In this document: piece after piece, positions 62,346 to 64,000 of the stretch
Position numbering within the stretch: position 1 is the first letter of the stretch
Layout of the letters: each line of letters begins with the position of its first letter
NCBI GenBank assembly: GCA_964199315.1
Contig: OZ116699.1
Location: 2,542,001-2,606,000, forward strand
DNA from: Orbicella franksi
Taxonomy: Eukaryota
DNA: 64,000 bases
Reading direction: 5' to 3'
Notes under the pieces: generated by a model
Database searches by the model: none
Told to the model about the DNA's origin: nothing
Seen by the model: only the letters and a program-made list of their open reading frames with translations
Position numbers and translations under genes: made by a program

Positions 62346-64000
62346 ATGATGCAACGAGCACCTCAGCCAAGCTGTTTTGACCGAGTAAAGGTGGGCTTCA
62401 TGATCGGATTTGCTGTTGGAATGAGTTCTGCGGCGTTGTTTGGAACCTATTCTGCTTTCAAGTAAGATATCACGTTTGATCATTTCCAAAGATTGTTTGG
62501 TTCGTGTCGAAAAAGTGAACGAGTGTTTGGGAATTTTAGTCGGCTGATGGCTGATTTATACTGGGGATGTGCCACTTTTTGTTTAATGACAGTTTTTAGT
62601 TAACATACTGTACCTGGATTTCGGTGTATGACATTATTTTGTAGACTGCAGACCGCAGAATGCAGAAAACAAGTATTCCCATTTCCATTACCGAGAGCTA
62701 ACCGTAAATAGGTTAACCTGAGTGCTATTCAGGCTAACCTGAGTGATATTCAGGCTAACCAGAATGCTATTTTCGCCCAAATGTAGTCTGCAGTCTGCAA
62801 ATGTCGTACACTGCCGGGGTTTAGGGAGGGTTGGGAGGAAGGAAGGTCAGGGAAGGTGCATGGTGCAGACTAAATGGTTGAAATGGTGTTTAACTTCTTA
62901 CTTTGTGGGTGAACTGTATAAACAACAGGCAAGTGTACTTATTCAGCAATGATGGTTGGCATGAGTTATGGCCCTTAATGACAACTCATTAGAGAATGTT
63001 GGGTACAGATAGGTGCTAAGTATTGTCCGAAGGGAGTAGCTTACCCTCCTAAGCAGAGTATGGCAGAACAGAGTATGGGCTAAATCCTAGAGTGGTAAAG
63101 CCTCATGGTGGATTTAGTCATCCTGCCCAAATCTAGCCTGCATAGCAAGCGCTCCCCTGTGAGCTGCGAGTTTCCCTGGCTGTAAAAAAGAGCTCTTTGG
63201 CATTAGGACAGCACAAAAAATGGGGCAAGAGCAGAAAGGTTGAAGGAGGCTTCCCCCCCCCCCCCACTACTTTGACCTTTTTTGCCCTTTCCCCACTTTG
63301 ATGTGGCCCAAATGTGAAAAAGCTCTTTCACACGGCCCGATTTCATTCAGCTCATATGGGAACACTTGCTAGGTATGCTAGTACAAATGCTACAAATGCT
63401 ACAAATGCTACAAATGCTACAAATGCTACAAATGCTACAAATGCATTAAGTATATGCAAATCTAGGGGTGCAAATCAGCTATTCTTTCTAGTGGACCGCA
63501 ATGTAATTTTCATGCCTGAAACCAGACATCTGCCTCAATTTTTTAAAAACATGACAGCTTCAGTATACATGTACATGACATGCTAAAATTACATAGTCAT
63601 GTACATGTAGCCCTTCCAGTGTTTGAAAAAATTGTCAACTTTGGAAGAACCAGCAAGCATCCTGGCATATTTTGAAGTGCTGTGTGGCTTGTCTCTCTTG
63701 ACAGTTAGGAGGAGCCTTGTAAGTTGTGGCTCAGCAAACAATACAAACACTTTAGTCTGAAGGACCTCCTGCCTCGTGAGTTGTCAGCCCTTATTGCTGA
63801 CACATAAAATCTGAGGACCTTTGTGCCAGCTCTTCCTTTCTATAGCGTATCATTTATGATGATTTGTCCTCACCTATTTTCTCCCTAAACAATTTTTCAC
63901 AACTTTCTTGGATTGTTGACATACATATTTTTCTTTTTTACAGATATGGACTCAGAGGAAGGGAATTAGTTACCAGTATTGGCAAGATCATGCTTCAAGG
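62346..64000 (+). CDS. ROMO1: Reactive oxygen species modulator 1 (Mgr2 family), 3'-truncated by window edge
   Basis: Exon 62346-62461 encodes [38 protein letters not shown]. Exon 63944-64000 encodes (K)[19 protein letters not shown]. Both match ROMO1. Confidence 0.95.
62622..62813. mobile_element. MITE with internal 21-bp tandem repeat
   Basis: TIRs cggtgtatgacatt...gactgcag / ctgcagtctgcaaatgtcgtacactg. Internal aacctgagtgctattcaggct about 2.5 copies. Confidence 0.7.
63134..63380. mobile_element. Decayed MITE (TAGCCTGC-TAGCAAGC termini)
   Basis: Left end tagcctgcatagcaagcg and right end cacttgctaggtatgcta, in the ROMO1 intron. Confidence 0.55.
63383..63444. repeat. 9-bp minisatellite (ACAAATGCT) x ~7
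   Basis: Six perfect units plus one near-perfect unit. Confidence 0.95.

Noticed and set aside
63314-63586. ORF with TNATNATNA repeats
   Set aside because: Translation artefact of the 9-bp minisatellite in the ROMO1 intron.

Overview
Intron-rich, AT-rich animal genomic DNA, not prokaryotic. The repeat families and gene set suggest a cnidarian, probably a stony coral (inference). From left to right: the 3' part of an intact Bel/Pao LTR retrotransposon (pol ORF, PPT, 3' LTR), apparently inside an intron of a cytosolic phospholipase A2 gene whose last four exons follow; an Mdm2/Mdm4-family E3 ligase gene (acidic region, RanBP2 zinc finger, RING, but no p53-binding domain I could find); CABCOCO1 with an RFX X-box; TBC1D24 (TBC+TLDc); a full-length ABCC4-like gene with degenerate ATPase motifs in both nucleotide-binding domains; DUSP11 on the minus strand; and ROMO1 head-to-head with DUSP11, truncated at the window end. 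I assembled the gene models by hand from GT/GC-AG sites, checking exon phase at every junction. Introns and intergenic DNA hold many MITEs, short hairpin elements, three SINE families and microsatellites. The best novelty candidates are the apparently ATPase-dead but intact ABCC protein and the Mdm protein with MDM4-like aromatic motifs but no visible SWIB domain. Family assignments come from recalled motif similarity; no database search was run.
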